Counted from the first letter of the stretch, positions 11,101-20,853 are shown. The stretch is DNA of 64,000 bases from Candidatus Zhuqueibacterota bacterium (GCA_013202295.1 JABMRT010000118.1:16109-80108), one strand, 5' to 3'. Made by a program: numbers and translations. Notes: generated by a model from the sequence alone, not told the origin.

Positions 11101-14100
11101 ATTTCACATTTAATGAAATTCCGGATCAGATTATCCGACATCCATTCTCTATTACAATTACTGCTTTTGACGTGAATAATAATATCAAGACAAATTTCAA
11201 TGAATCCGTCACTCTTTCAGATGAAACCGGGACGATTACACCTACAGTGAGTCCCAATTTTGTGAATGGTGTGATGACAGGCGGTGTCACACTATATACC
11301 GATACGACGGATAATCGAATCACAGCCACCTATAATAGTGTGTCTAATTCTTCCGAGCTCTTTGACGTGGTGCTCGATCCGGGTATTCAGGTGCTTAATT
11401 TTAAAGCGCTTTGGAAAGACACAACCACACAGATCAGTTCCATAACAACGAATCAAGACAGCCTCTGGTATTTAACCTGCCATGTGCGAAACATGAGTGG
11501 ATCCAACACCCGAATGGATAGTCTGCAATTGTCCGTTACAGTAAACAATCAACAGCGGAATGACTTCACTTATACTCTTCCCACGCAGTTCTGGGGGAAC
11601 GGTACAGAGAACCTGGGCGGCGGCGCATTGGATTCTCTGCTCATTCCGATCACGCATACGGGCAGCAGATCCGGCCCGGCGATTTTTCAGGTGACCGCCT
11701 TTTTGAAAAAACTTGATACGGGCGCTACTTTGTCCAATGATGCAGTTACCAATTTGTTGGTGCAAACCGACGGAGTTCTCTACGTCAATGAGATGCGAAT
11801 GAAGAATCCGGTTGTATCGAAAGCTGAAGTCACAAGGGGGCAAGATCAAGATTGGTCCATCTCCGTAGTGGTCAAAAATCAGGGACAAAGCCACATTCTG
11901 GTGGATTCCTCTACCAATGCCACATTTCTTAATTTCAGTATCGGGACGCCTGCCACCTGGATCATAGCAAGACCGCCCTTATGGAGCGGTGGCGACTGGA
12001 TTCTTGAAGGCGGAGAGACAGATACACTTAAATACATCATTGATGAAACGACGGATTTGAACTCCGGCTCCTGTTCTGTAGATGCTTATATTGAAGGCAC
12101 GGAAATCAATACTGGCAGGACACTGACAGAAAACACACTTGACGGGGGATCGGGTACCGTGCTCATTGAACAACCGGCCGCGCTGAGAATTCAATCCGTA
12201 ACGAACCTTGCACCCAATGCACCCTATGTGAACCGGAGTCAAGCTTTTACAATTCGAGTACAAGTTACTAATCCGGGCGGGGACGCGTCGCTCTCTTCCT
12301 CTTTAGCGATAAATCAACTCCATTCCTCTTTCCCTGCAACGAGTAATGTGGGATTACTTTCAGGAAGCCAATCCCAAACTGTTGATATTGCCGGCACAGC
12401 TGCTGCAGTAGAGGGTCTGGATGACACCTTTACAATTCGAGCCAATGGCACAGCAGAAAATACAAACGCGTCCATTAGCGATCAAAATCCAGTGGATGAT
12501 ACAGCGCAGGCGATTACTCAGATTCCAGCAACACTCGAAATTATTTCCGTGATTCCTTCCACGACCCAATTGCTGGGAGGACAAACAGATCCATGGAAAT
12601 TGAGGGTTGTTTTACGAAACTCCGGTCAGGCTATCATTGATCTGGATCCGCCCAAGGCAGACAGTTTGAGTTTCTGGGTGGAAGGACTCAGACAGGAAGA
12701 TTATAATGTCATTGCTCCAACCGGATTGTCGAAAAGCGGCAATCTTTCATTGTCAGGCGGAATTACTGATACGCTGACTTTTACAGTAAACACAACAGGC
12801 ACCTATGGCGGCACAGTAGGCATTCTTGCTTCAATTAGCGGTAAAGACAGAAATGATTTAAACATTGTCCGGGATACTGATAACACAAGCGTAACCGTGG
12901 AAACAGAAGAAGCTTTCCGCATCATCCAGACACAGATTGATGCGATTAATACGACAGATGCGAAGAATGGATATGTGAATACCGGCCAGGATTTCAATGT
13001 GCTGGTCATTGTAGAAAATGCCTTGGGCAATACAATTCGAAACATCGATATCCGACTAAACTCGGACGGCGATTCACAGATCGATGATACTACTGCTTTT
13101 ATCAGCTCATTGCCTCCGTCTAAGCGGGATTCGGTCTGGTTTGATGTTCAAGCATCCGGCATTGAGAATCTCAACGGTGAACTGTTTACATCATCTATTG
13201 CTTCCGCAAAGCGCGACAATCAAGTCGATGATGCTCCAATCGGAGCCGCACATGATTCCACAGCAACGATGATTATCCAAACCCGTGCCGAGTTGTCTCT
13301 TGAGCTTTCTTTGGATCCGGCTTCGGGTGTTGTGTCCGTCAACCAACCCTTCACAGTGCAGGCTCGATTGATAAAAACCGGGTCGAGCCAATTGAAAAAT
13401 GATGGCCGCGTGAAGGTTGTACCTCCTAGCGGGTATTTGCTCTTCTCGGATTCCGATACCGCATCTATTACACCGGCACAGCCCGTATCGTGGATCATTG
13501 AAGCACCCAGTGACACCTCGACCGATGATGAAATTCGTGTCAAACTGGAAAGCTATCCCGATGATAAGAATACAGATAACAATGCCTATGTGTCCAATAA
13601 TTCAACTTATATATCCATTTCTACAATACGAAGCCGGATGGATGCTGCGGTCACAATTTCGGATCCAGCCGGAGCAGCGGATGGCACGATTTCAAGCGGG
13701 CAGAATTTTACAGTAAAGGTAGCAGCCGGATTGTCTAATGTGACCGGGGCAAGGGCCAAGATCGATTTGCCCAGTGGCTATACCACACGAAACAATGTCA
13801 CACAAGTTCTCAGTCCGGATTCGGCCACATGGCTGGTGACAGCGCCAGCACTATCTCAATCTGAAAATGAGATTGAGGTAATCACATGGGGATATGATGA
13901 TCTCCAGCCCAATATAGAAATAGGAAGAGATACAACGCGACTTCCAATTCAAACTGTATTACGCGCCGATCTATCTCTTTCATTAGAAATCACCAGTCCT
14001 CCGGAAGCGGCCCAATATGGCACCGTCTCTCTGGGCCAGGAATTTACAGTACAATCACGCGTTGTAAATAACGGTGTGGCAACGACAGAAGGTGACATGC

Positions 14101-15146
14101 AAGTCACTCTACTCTCCTTACCGGATGGTTTTACAACCCATGACCCTCTAACTCAAACTTTGATATCCGGCGATGCGGACTGGACCATAAAAGCACCGAA
14201 CCAGATCAATCAGGCCATCGCAAGCATCGAGGCCCGAATTACTCAAATCCCGCAGGATGAAAACACGAATCAACAAGCTCATATTTCAAAAGATTACCAA
14301 TCTGTTTCACTGACTTTAGAAGGGGCTACTCTGGCAGTATCGGCACTGCCTCTACCCGAAGGAGCAAAGCAGGAATTGGTGCCGGGTCAGGAGGATGTGG
14401 TCTTCATGCGACTCCAGCTAAAGAATGACGGGCAGGAGGGATCATACGATATACAGGTTGAGCGTATTCATTTCTATTTAGAAGACAGAAACGGGAATCC
14501 GGTTTCTCCCGCATCTGCACTTTCACGGCTTGAAGTGGTTGATGATCAAAACGCGACCACATATGGCGGAATCACACAGATCCCATCCGCCAATCCCCTA
14601 ACCATTGAACTCAATGGATTGATTGTGACTGTCGAGCAGAAAGCTCAGGATGAAAATCCGACAATACTTATTCGGGGAAATATCTCCGGCTCAGAAACGA
14701 TTCCCTACTTTCTATTAAATCTACCTGGAACTGATGCCATTGAAGCGATTGAGTCCAACACCGGACGAATTGTTTCGGTGACCGATCCTACTGGTGAAGA
14801 CTGGGAGGACATGCGGTCCATGCCGATGAAGATTTTTGATCTGGTTCGCGAGCATCAACTTTGGAACAGCCCCAATCCGTTTGGAGAGTCAGGCCGGGAG
14901 ATCACATCAATCTATTTTTATATGCCAGAACAACAATCGGTTGAGTTCCGCATCTTCACATTGATGGGGAAGTTGGTAAAAACAATTCAAATCGATGAGG
15001 TGGATGTTATTGCAAACCAGATTAATCTCTGGACATGGGATGGTACCAATGACAAAGGCATTAGGGTTCTGAATGGTGTATACCATTTATTTATGCAAAT
15101 GAGTGACGGACAGATTTTAAAACATAAAATCGCTTATGTGAAATGA
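8160..15146 (+). CDS. Giant (2328 aa) cell-surface repeat adhesin with T9SS C-terminal sorting domain; ~95-aa Ig-like tandem repeats N-terminally and CARDB/DUF11-like repeats C-terminally
   Basis: Signal peptide (LLILLAIASLLPSTSIAQ). About 10 repeats of the pattern 'F.F..I.SPQ.AG.PF..TITA.D.YGN....F.....L.D.TGT......F..G.W.GNV.I........ITA.....G.S..F.V.P'. Later repeats look like 'A.LRIQSV.NL......V...Q.FTIRV.V.N.G'. The C-terminal ~90 aa 'NPFGE...ITSIYFYMPEQQSVEFRIFTLMGKLVKTIQID...GVYHLFMQ..DGQILKHKIAYVK' matches the T9SS CTD. Confidence 0.8.
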   Translation: MRRVHKKKNQMMQNKTNFSLLILLAIASLLPSTSIAQLTGVSVTMGDSTVNASSWHKIEFTHTDSIPKDGKILIVYPTGFDLTEIYTVQSDMMDGAWTTIVIGDTVFINRNGNGSQELPGRPERLYLLNVGNHTQSGTSFTVDVETRFYNDAVIDQGTSNGFSLNPGEMDRFAFSGIPANVEAGDQFPITITAQDEYGNDATGFTSDATLSDKTGTLSISGGGTTTSYFTAGVWSGNIQILQTNLSNSITATSGSKTSTSGSFVVDPTTLDYFTFGAISSPQTADTPFGVSITAYDNLGNIKTDYTGNTDLTDQTGNLSITLNEFDNNTTAAFSGGIWSGNVQVTQTSTDNFITASGPASGNSGQFNINPASASTFTFSNIVDQEVGEPFLITITARDLYNNVATSFGLTATLSDVTGTLQIRANGSGTTTNSFSSGVWTGNVDVNLIHTADQISAVSGAVTGSSTQFRVDPTSSVDHFDVTIASIGTPKTAGVPFSVTIEAIDEFGNTADYSGNVTLFDETGTNSPQQVAISNGTWTGNVTIEQVRSNNSLTVAGAGEGGVSGNFDVVANTVASFGINPITSPQRAGSFSINMTAYDVYDNIATSFNQTVTLEVLASATIAITPTTSGAFSNGQRTQTVQITQAAQDLQIRIVDAGSHEGTSNLFNVIHHATLDEFVIGPIATQAAGLPFTLSLTAVDQYGNTYTSFDGTDNWVYISHSGSGSIVPVQSQTFDQGKWVGNITIDEVQTGDVITVTRYSGLENGQSNAFNVTPGVVSYFEFDPIPDPIVAGDTFQIWVRAYDAQGNLVTGAEGSFVINLIDETGSILDDTGTINISQVSLIGGVGTETIQIRESIYNNTLTASGQGKSGISNEFDVNPAAVNHFNIGVIGSPQFSTQSFAMTITAKDQFENTVDYYTESVYLSDSTGTIQPTQSGTFINGVRTVSVQITEARNDVRIWAYLGSGEKGESNLFNVFPGPLDHFTFNEIPDQIIRHPFSITITAFDVNNNIKTNFNESVTLSDETGTITPTVSPNFVNGVMTGGVTLYTDTTDNRITATYNSVSNSSELFDVVLDPGIQVLNFKALWKDTTTQISSITTNQDSLWYLTCHVRNMSGSNTRMDSLQLSVTVNNQQRNDFTYTLPTQFWGNGTENLGGGALDSLLIPITHTGSRSGPAIFQVTAFLKKLDTGATLSNDAVTNLLVQTDGVLYVNEMRMKNPVVSKAEVTRGQDQDWSISVVVKNQGQSHILVDSSTNATFLNFSIGTPATWIIARPPLWSGGDWILEGGETDTLKYIIDETTDLNSGSCSVDAYIEGTEINTGRTLTENTLDGGSGTVLIEQPAALRIQSVTNLAPNAPYVNRSQAFTIRVQVTNPGGDASLSSSLAINQLHSSFPATSNVGLLSGSQSQTVDIAGTAAAVEGLDDTFTIRANGTAENTNASISDQNPVDDTAQAITQIPATLEIISVIPSTTQLLGGQTDPWKLRVVLRNSGQAIIDLDPPKADSLSFWVEGLRQEDYNVIAPTGLSKSGNLSLSGGITDTLTFTVNTTGTYGGTVGILASISGKDRNDLNIVRDTDNTSVTVETEEAFRIIQTQIDAINTTDAKNGYVNTGQDFNVLVIVENALGNTIRNIDIRLNSDGDSQIDDTTAFISSLPPSKRDSVWFDVQASGIENLNGELFTSSIASAKRDNQVDDAPIGAAHDSTATMIIQTRAELSLELSLDPASGVVSVNQPFTVQARLIKTGSSQLKNDGRVKVVPPSGYLLFSDSDTASITPAQPVSWIIEAPSDTSTDDEIRVKLESYPDDKNTDNNAYVSNNSTYISISTIRSRMDAAVTISDPAGAADGTISSGQNFTVKVAAGLSNVTGARAKIDLPSGYTTRNNVTQVLSPDSATWLVTAPALSQSENEIEVITWGYDDLQPNIEIGRDTTRLPIQTVLRADLSLSLEITSPPEAAQYGTVSLGQEFTVQSRVVNNGVATTEGDMQVTLLSLPDGFTTHDPLTQTLISGDADWTIKAPNQINQAIASIEARITQIPQDENTNQQAHISKDYQSVSLTLEGATLAVSALPLPEGAKQELVPGQEDVVFMRLQLKNDGQEGSYDIQVERIHFYLEDRNGNPVSPASALSRLEVVDDQNATTYGGITQIPSANPLTIELNGLIVTVEQKAQDENPTILIRGNISGSETIPYFLLNLPGTDAIEAIESNTGRIVSVTDPTGEDWEDMRSMPMKIFDLVREHQLWNSPNPFGESGREITSIYFYMPEQQSVEFRIFTLMGKLVKTIQIDEVDVIANQINLWTWDGTNDKGIRVLNGVYHLFMQMSDGQILKHKIAYVK
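8655..11355 (+). repeat. In-frame tandem coding repeats (~285 bp / ~95 aa, ~10 copies, diverged) within the giant adhesin gene
   Basis: The motifs 'SPQ.AG.PF..TI.A.D', 'L.D.TGT', 'G.W.GNV.I' and 'F.V.P' recur with ~95-aa periodicity. Confidence 0.6.
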
Positions 15147-15223
15147 CAGAAATGGAAATGAGATATAATTCCCCGAAGAGAATTCTGGATGGGTATCCAG
15201 CGTTTGATTCGGGAATCATTTAA

Positions 15224-17161
15224 ATGGATTTGATTCAGGTTATGCCAATGAAAAAGATTACAATGGTTCTATTCGCAGGGATAGTCCTCACCTCGTTTAT
15301 CTCGCTGCAGGCACAGGATGGTGAAGCCGGTATAGAGAGCCTCTTTTCGATCGGTTTTGGAGCCAGAGGCATGGCTCTTGGAAATGCTTCTGTGGCTTTC
15401 CCCGAAGACCCCACGGCGTTCGCGTGGAATCCTGCGGGTATGGTCAAGGTTGAGCGCAAAGAATTCCTTTTCAGCCATACCACACTCTTTGAGGATGTTC
15501 AATATAATTTTATCGGATATGTACATCCTACCTTAAATGCCGGTACATTCGGATTCGGCATTTCACGGGCGGGTACCGGAGGAATCCGGGAATTTGATAA
15601 TATAAATGGAGTTTCCATCGAAGGCGATGAATTCGGATACTGGTGGGGCAAACTTTCCATTGCTTACGCAGTCCATCTATTTAGCGGGATCTCTTTCGGC
15701 GCGAACTTTGAGGCGAACCGGCAAGTGCTTTTGGATTATTCGACCAATGGGTTTGGACTCGATGCCGGATTACATTATGCGCCCTCAAACACCAGCATGC
15801 TTCACGGCTTTAATTTCGGGTATGTTGCGGTAAATGCGTACAGTCCCAGATTAAAGTTAGGGACCGAATCAGAAGCCATCCCTCCTATACAGAAACTGGG
15901 TATTGCGCGTACGATCAATTTGCGTGACGGACTGGACCGATGGCTCTTTCTCTTTGATTATGAATGGGCGCAAAATAAAAAATCAAAATATCATTTTGGT
16001 ACCGAGTACAGCCTTGATCGAAGTGTTTTCTTTCGAACGGGTTTTGATAATGGTGAGATCACATTTGGAGGCGGGCTTCGCATACACATGTTCCAGTTAG
16101 ATTACGCGAATAGCCGTATTGGAGATGCCGAATATTTTCCTCGAAGTCATCGCTTTTCTCTCATTTTTCATATTGGTCAGACTTTGGCTGAAAAGCTTGA
16201 AGCCATTCAAGATCAACGAGAGCAGGAGATTCGTGACCGGTTTCAGGAAAGGCTCAGCGAAGAACGCAAAGTGCGTATTGAAGAAAGCCTAAAAACGGGA
16301 CAGGAATACTTTGATAAAGGAGATTACTTTAACGCACGACTCGAATTTAGCAGGGTTTTGCGTGAAGATAGAAATAATGTGGCTGCCAAACGCAGGCTCG
16401 ACATGACGACCGAGAAGGAACAGGAATTCCAGAAACAGCGTGAGGATTCTTTGTTGAGTGCGGCCAGAGAACGCGACCAGCAGCAGCGTGATCTCGATTT
16501 CGTGAATCAGCGCTTCCAGGATGGAAATGAGGCCATGCAGCGGGGCGAGTTTCAGGCTGCAATCAAAAAATGGGAAGAAGCACTTGAAGTAGATCCAGAT
16601 CATCCCACCATCCGTTCGTACATTAGCCAAGCCCGTAATCAATTGGAAAGTGAAATCAATCGTGCGATTGCGAGTTCGCGCGCATACATGCGTCAAGAGA
16701 ATTTGACTGAAGCGAGACGCCTTCTTGAGCGTGCTAAAACACAGGCTGAGGGCAATCCGGAGCTGACTCGAAAGGTTACCGGCGAAATGAGGAATTTTGA
16801 TCGCATGGTTGACTTCATCTCGAATTATCAGGCGGGATTTAAACGATATAACGAGGGTCAATTTGCTGAGGCCGTTCCCTATTTTGAGAAAGCACTTGAA
16901 ACTCAGCCGGAAAACGAGCGGGTGCGCCAGCTTTATCAAAACGCACGGGCACGATCCAATACAGAAGAAAGCAATCAGCCTCCAGAAGTCAAGAGGGATG
17001 TTAGCGATAAGATTAAAGAAGGGATCGGCTTTTATAGAGATGGCCGATATGAAGAAGCATTGAGAGTTTGGGAGGAGGCGCTGGAACTGGATCCACATAA
17101 CGTTAGACTGTTGGAAGCTATCGACGGCGCCAGAGAAAAACTTGAAACGTTTCAACAATAA
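15224..17161 (+). CDS. Outer-membrane beta-barrel (FadL/PorV/PorP-SprF-like N-terminal motif) fused to a C-terminal coiled-coil/TPR domain; candidate T9SS-associated partner of the upstream adhesin
   Basis: Signal peptide, then 'GFGARGMALGNASVAFPEDPTAFAWNPAGM' (the AR.GM.G...A..PD......NPA pattern of PorV/FadL-type barrels). Alternating amphipathic strands run to ~aa 300, ending in 'FSLIFHIGQ'. The C-terminal ~340 aa are helical with TPR-like units ('WEEALEVDPDHPTIRSYISQAR', 'FEKALETQPENERVRQLYQNAR', 'WEEALELDPHNVRLLEAIDGAR'). Its position immediately downstream of a T9SS cargo gene mirrors sprB-sprF-type pairs. Confidence 0.5.
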   Translation: MDLIQVMPMKKITMVLFAGIVLTSFISLQAQDGEAGIESLFSIGFGARGMALGNASVAFPEDPTAFAWNPAGMVKVERKEFLFSHTTLFEDVQYNFIGYVHPTLNAGTFGFGISRAGTGGIREFDNINGVSIEGDEFGYWWGKLSIAYAVHLFSGISFGANFEANRQVLLDYSTNGFGLDAGLHYAPSNTSMLHGFNFGYVAVNAYSPRLKLGTESEAIPPIQKLGIARTINLRDGLDRWLFLFDYEWAQNKKSKYHFGTEYSLDRSVFFRTGFDNGEITFGGGLRIHMFQLDYANSRIGDAEYFPRSHRFSLIFHIGQTLAEKLEAIQDQREQEIRDRFQERLSEERKVRIEESLKTGQEYFDKGDYFNARLEFSRVLREDRNNVAAKRRLDMTTEKEQEFQKQREDSLLSAARERDQQQRDLDFVNQRFQDGNEAMQRGEFQAAIKKWEEALEVDPDHPTIRSYISQARNQLESEINRAIASSRAYMRQENLTEARRLLERAKTQAEGNPELTRKVTGEMRNFDRMVDFISNYQAGFKRYNEGQFAEAVPYFEKALETQPENERVRQLYQNARARSNTEESNQPPEVKRDVSDKIKEGIGFYRDGRYEEALRVWEEALELDPHNVRLLEAIDGAREKLETFQQ

Positions 17162-17184
17162 TTATTCACTCTGCGGAGCGGCAC

Positions 17185-20100
17185 ATGTTTAAGAAGGTGA
17201 TCAAGGAGCAATGGGAATTTCCTGCAGAAATTGATTATCTCGGCGATATGCGGGATACGGTGATGGAGTTCGGCCGACAATACGGTGTCTCCGAGCAAGT
17301 GATAAATGCGTTCAAACTTGCAATTGATGAAGCCGGTACAAATATCATCCGGCACGCATATCGAGATTGGGATGGCAAAATCACTCTTCGAGTGATCATT
17401 CGCGATAAATCAGTCACAATATCCTTAATCGATCAGGGCCATCATTTTGATCTGAGAAAAGTGCAGGATCCGGATCTGCAGCGATACGTGGATATCGGAA
17501 AAAAGGGTGGCCTGGGGATCTTTATTATTCGCCGTGTGATCGATAAAATTGATTATAGAAAAACGTCAGAGGGCAATGAGCTCCGCCTCACAAAAAACCG
17601 ACGGGGCAATAAAGCTGGCAGTTTGATGAGTGCCGATTTGCCCTTTACCATGAAAACCCGATTCTCTCTGATTGCATCAGCGATTTTAACGCTATTTGTA
17701 TTGGCAGCGATTGTCTGGAATTATTTTGTGCAGGAAGATAAAATCCTTAATGCGAATCTGGCATCCGGACAGAATATGACTCGCTCTCTTGTGCATCAAT
17801 GTGCCGATCCTCTTGCGAAAGGATACCTTTGGGAACTCAGTGCGATTGTTTCTGAAAACCACAGAGAATGGTATCCCAAGATCAGCGAAATCATGGTGCT
17901 TGATACAGCGAATATTGTACAGGGTCTTGTGAATCTGGATTCTTTGATGAGTCAATATGTATTCCCTGTGAACGCCAGGCAAATCCGTAAGGGCATTTAT
18001 ATTATACAAACCTGGTCTGGCAAGACAGTTTATGATATTATTGAACCGGCTGTGACCCAGGTGCAGGGTCGGGAGATTCAGCTCGGATCGATTCATCTTA
18101 TGCTTGACAAAGCGGTAATTGATTCAGAAGTGGTTGATGCGAGGAAGCGCATTATTTTTAACGGGGCAATCATTCTTATTCTTGGCTGCGGCGGTATTTT
18201 CGGTTTGGTATATCTGACTTTGAGCCCCTTTAAAAAGCTTTCTAAATGGGTTCGGGATCTTGGACATGGTGAAGTGCATGATGAAATGGAATTCAATAGA
18301 TCGGATGAGATCGGCGAGATCGCCCAGGCGTTCAATGAAATCACCGAGAAATTCCGCAAATCTCAAGAAAATGTAGCTGAGCAGGAACGGCTGCAAAAAG
18401 AGATGCAAGTCGCCCAGGAAATACAACAAACTCTTCTCCCGGATTCTTTTCCCGATGTCGAGGGGTATGAATTGGCCTCCTATTATGAAGCGGCCAAAGA
18501 GGTGGGCGGCGATTATTTTGATTTTTTTAAGGTTGATCGTGACACACTCGGCATCGCTGTCGCCGATGTGTCGGGTAAAGGTGTTCCCGGATCACTCGTA
18601 ATGACCATGATTCGCACTGCACTGCGCACGGAAGCGCGCGGCAATAAAAACGCTGCGGATGTTCTTTCCAAAGTCAATGATTTTGTGATCAATGATATGA
18701 AACGGGGTATGTTTGTTACTGTTTTCTATATAATCCTTGATTCAAAACGTCGTATTATCAATTATGCCAGTGCCGGACACAATCCCATGATTCTATACAG
18801 GGGACAATCTGAAAAGAGCTATTATTTAAATCCCAGAGGATTTCCCATCGGGATTAATCTTCCGGACAAGGCGCTATTTCGTAAATCCATTGAATCTGAT
18901 ACTTTGCAGCTTAGACCGGATGATGTGCTGATTGCGTATACGGACGGTATCACGGAGGCAATGGATAAGAGCCGGAATCGATTTGGTGATGAGCGATTTC
19001 TCTCTGTATTAAGGCGGAGTGGCAACCTACAAGCCGAGCCGCTGGTAAAACGTATTCAGGAAGAAATTCAGCGTTTTACAGGCGGTTACGCGCAGAGTGA
19101 TGATATTACACTGGTTGCGATTCGTGAAAAACTAGCTGCAGAAGATGTGCTTTTTAATCATCGAAACGAGTTGTTTCGCATGGTAAAAAAAGAAGGCATG
19201 AGCGTTAAAGAAGCCTGTGAAAAAGCAGGAGTTTCGACCTCTACGTATTATAAATATAATAAACTTTATAAGAAAGAGGGTAAAGCCGGATTAAAGGAAC
19301 GTGTTTCCAAGACTGAAATTGAAGAGAAGCATATTGCCATTGAGGACAAGGCGAAAATCTATGATGTGATTAAGCAAACTCCCGAATATGGTCCGAAGCG
19401 CATTCGTGAAGAGTTGAACACAGAAAAGTACGGCTTTCTGCAGGTTGATGAAAACCGCATTTATGATGAGTTGGTCCGCAGTCGGTTAAACACCAAGGAT
19501 CTGCGTATGGCTTTTGTGGAGCGGGGTGGTCGGGGCAAACGGATGAAACCACCAGGAACACCATTTCTCACATTGGATGGCAAGGTAATTATTGAACCGA
19601 CCGTTCACCGCATACCCGTCCCGCCACCGAGACAGACAATTGTACAGGCGCCGGTTGAAGTTGAAAAAGCGGCCGAAGCACCGGATACAGTTTCAGAAAA
19701 CAAAGAATGGAACACGCTTCAGGTTGTTGATATGACCGAACAAAACGACGGTTTTGGTGAACACGAGGGCGTCTCCATAGCCGAGGAAGTCGAGATGGGT
19801 GCTGAAGAAATTGAGGAACAGATTCAGCATGATCTGGTCTCACATGGTGCTGATCAGCAGGCTGAGGTCCAACATGAAGAGGAACGGATCTCTCAAGATC
19901 TATCAGAAATTCCTGAAAGCAAAGAAGAAAACTCCGAAGAGATTTTTTCAGATCTAGATGAGATAGAATCACTCCAAAATCAGGATGCGAAGGATATAGA
20001 AGAACCGGATTTCGATGAATTTATATCTTCAGATGACGGTCTGGCTCATGCCCTTTTGACGGGATCCGACGAGAATTTTGATTTCATGGAAAAAGAATCC

Positions 20101-20781
20101 ATTGCCGAAAAACGGTCTGAAGAATTTATGAATATCGATGAGATTCTTGAGACAGACAAACCCCTATTGGTGAATGAGCATATTGATCATCGGGTTGAAG
20201 AAAATATATCTTCCTCTGCGGTGGATGATCTCATGAGTGAGGTTACGGGTGAATTGGATTTGATCTCTGCGGGTACAGTGCCGGTTGAGGAAGAGGCAGG
20301 TTTTGTTGAAATGATGGAAGGACTTGGTTTTGATCGCAGGGATGTGTTCCAGGGGGGCAAACGATCTGAGGCGGGCAAGAAAGCTGCGGAATATTATCAG
20401 CGTATGCGCTTTCATGAATCAGGTCAATGGTTTTACCGTGAGGGTCTCTACGCACGGGCTATTGAGGAATTCAGGAAAGCAATTGAATGCGATCCGAAAT
20501 TCGGAGATGCATATCACAGCATTGGTGACGCACATTTTCGGCTTGGCCAGCTTGAAAAGGCCAAAAATTCTTATATTAAGGCCAAAGAGTTGAATCCTGA
20601 AAACATTGATGTGCTTGAAAATTTGGGTGTAATTTACGCCAATCAGGGCGATTACAGACGGTCGGTTTGGCAATGGGGTGAAGTCATCAAACGGGATCCC
20701 TCCAGACTGGATATTATTGAACGCATCAAACGCATGCAGCGTGTCATTCGGCAGCGTGCTGTGTATCATAAAAGAAGTTGA
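17185..20781 (+). CDS. Multidomain membrane partner-switching regulator fusing RsbW-like anti-sigma Ser kinase, TM sensor, HAMP, PP2C/SpoIIE phosphatase, IS3-like transposase HTH modules, an acidic disordered linker and TPR repeats
   Basis: aa 1-145: HATPase_c_2 ('AIDEAGTNIIRHAY', 'GGLGIFIIRRVIDKIDY'). TM1 ~aa 160-180, a ~150-aa extracytoplasmic segment, TM2 ~aa 330-350. HAMP ('LSPFKKLSKWVRDLGHGEV...IGEIAQAFNEITEKF'). PP2C/SpoIIE ('GGDYFDFF', 'IAVADVSGKGVPGSLVMTMIRTALR', 'AYTDGITEA', 'QSDDITLVAI'). aa ~660-790: 'MVKKEGMSVKEACEKAGVSTSTYYKYNKLYKKEGKAGL' (IS3 OrfA-like HTH) and 'IYDVIKQTPEYGPKRIREELNTEKYGFLQVDENRIYDELVRSRL' (IS3 OrfB HTH_21-like). aa ~830-1010 are D/E-rich and low-complexity. 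The C-terminus has TPRs ('AIEEFRKAIECDPKFGDAYHSIGDAHFRLGQLEKAKNSYIKAKELNPEN'). Confidence 0.8.
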   Translation: MFKKVIKEQWEFPAEIDYLGDMRDTVMEFGRQYGVSEQVINAFKLAIDEAGTNIIRHAYRDWDGKITLRVIIRDKSVTISLIDQGHHFDLRKVQDPDLQRYVDIGKKGGLGIFIIRRVIDKIDYRKTSEGNELRLTKNRRGNKAGSLMSADLPFTMKTRFSLIASAILTLFVLAAIVWNYFVQEDKILNANLASGQNMTRSLVHQCADPLAKGYLWELSAIVSENHREWYPKISEIMVLDTANIVQGLVNLDSLMSQYVFPVNARQIRKGIYIIQTWSGKTVYDIIEPAVTQVQGREIQLGSIHLMLDKAVIDSEVVDARKRIIFNGAIILILGCGGIFGLVYLTLSPFKKLSKWVRDLGHGEVHDEMEFNRSDEIGEIAQAFNEITEKFRKSQENVAEQERLQKEMQVAQEIQQTLLPDSFPDVEGYELASYYEAAKEVGGDYFDFFKVDRDTLGIAVADVSGKGVPGSLVMTMIRTALRTEARGNKNAADVLSKVNDFVINDMKRGMFVTVFYIILDSKRRIINYASAGHNPMILYRGQSEKSYYLNPRGFPIGINLPDKALFRKSIESDTLQLRPDDVLIAYTDGITEAMDKSRNRFGDERFLSVLRRSGNLQAEPLVKRIQEEIQRFTGGYAQSDDITLVAIREKLAAEDVLFNHRNELFRMVKKEGMSVKEACEKAGVSTSTYYKYNKLYKKEGKAGLKERVSKTEIEEKHIAIEDKAKIYDVIKQTPEYGPKRIREELNTEKYGFLQVDENRIYDELVRSRLNTKDLRMAFVERGGRGKRMKPPGTPFLTLDGKVIIEPTVHRIPVPPPRQTIVQAPVEVEKAAEAPDTVSENKEWNTLQVVDMTEQNDGFGEHEGVSIAEEVEMGAEEIEEQIQHDLVSHGADQQAEVQHEEERISQDLSEIPESKEENSEEIFSDLDEIESLQNQDAKDIEEPDFDEFISSDDGLAHALLTGSDENFDFMEKESIAEKRSEEFMNIDEILETDKPLLVNEHIDHRVEENISSSAVDDLMSEVTGELDLISAGTVPVEEEAGFVEMMEGLGFDRRDVFQGGKRSEAGKKAAEYYQRMRFHESGQWFYREGLYARAIEEFRKAIECDPKFGDAYHSIGDAHFRLGQLEKAKNSYIKAKELNPENIDVLENLGVIYANQGDYRRSVWQWGEVIKRDPSRLDIIERIKRMQRVIRQRAVYHKRS

Positions 20782-20806
20782 CAATCTTTCAAATTTCCAT
20801 TAACTT
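20778..20806 (+). promoter_or_regulatory. Possible sigma70-like promoter for the STAS gene (-35 TTGACA 20778-20783, 17-nt spacer, -10 TAACTT 20801-20806)
   Basis: Hexamers read directly from the sequence. The -35 overlaps the upstream stop codon. Consensus usage in this lineage is unknown. Confidence 0.25.
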
Positions 20807-20853
20807 GACAAGTAACTCATTTAATTTGAATGGATTTCCGATAGGAGAATAAC

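Noticed and set aside
16289-17158. 289-aa minus-strand ORF, and many other antisense ORFs (e.g. 6022-6648, 11472-11894, 45391-45879, 49465-50100)
   Set aside because: They lie entirely inside + strand genes that have strong conserved-domain signatures. They are low-complexity with no motifs, so they are judged spurious antisense ORFs.
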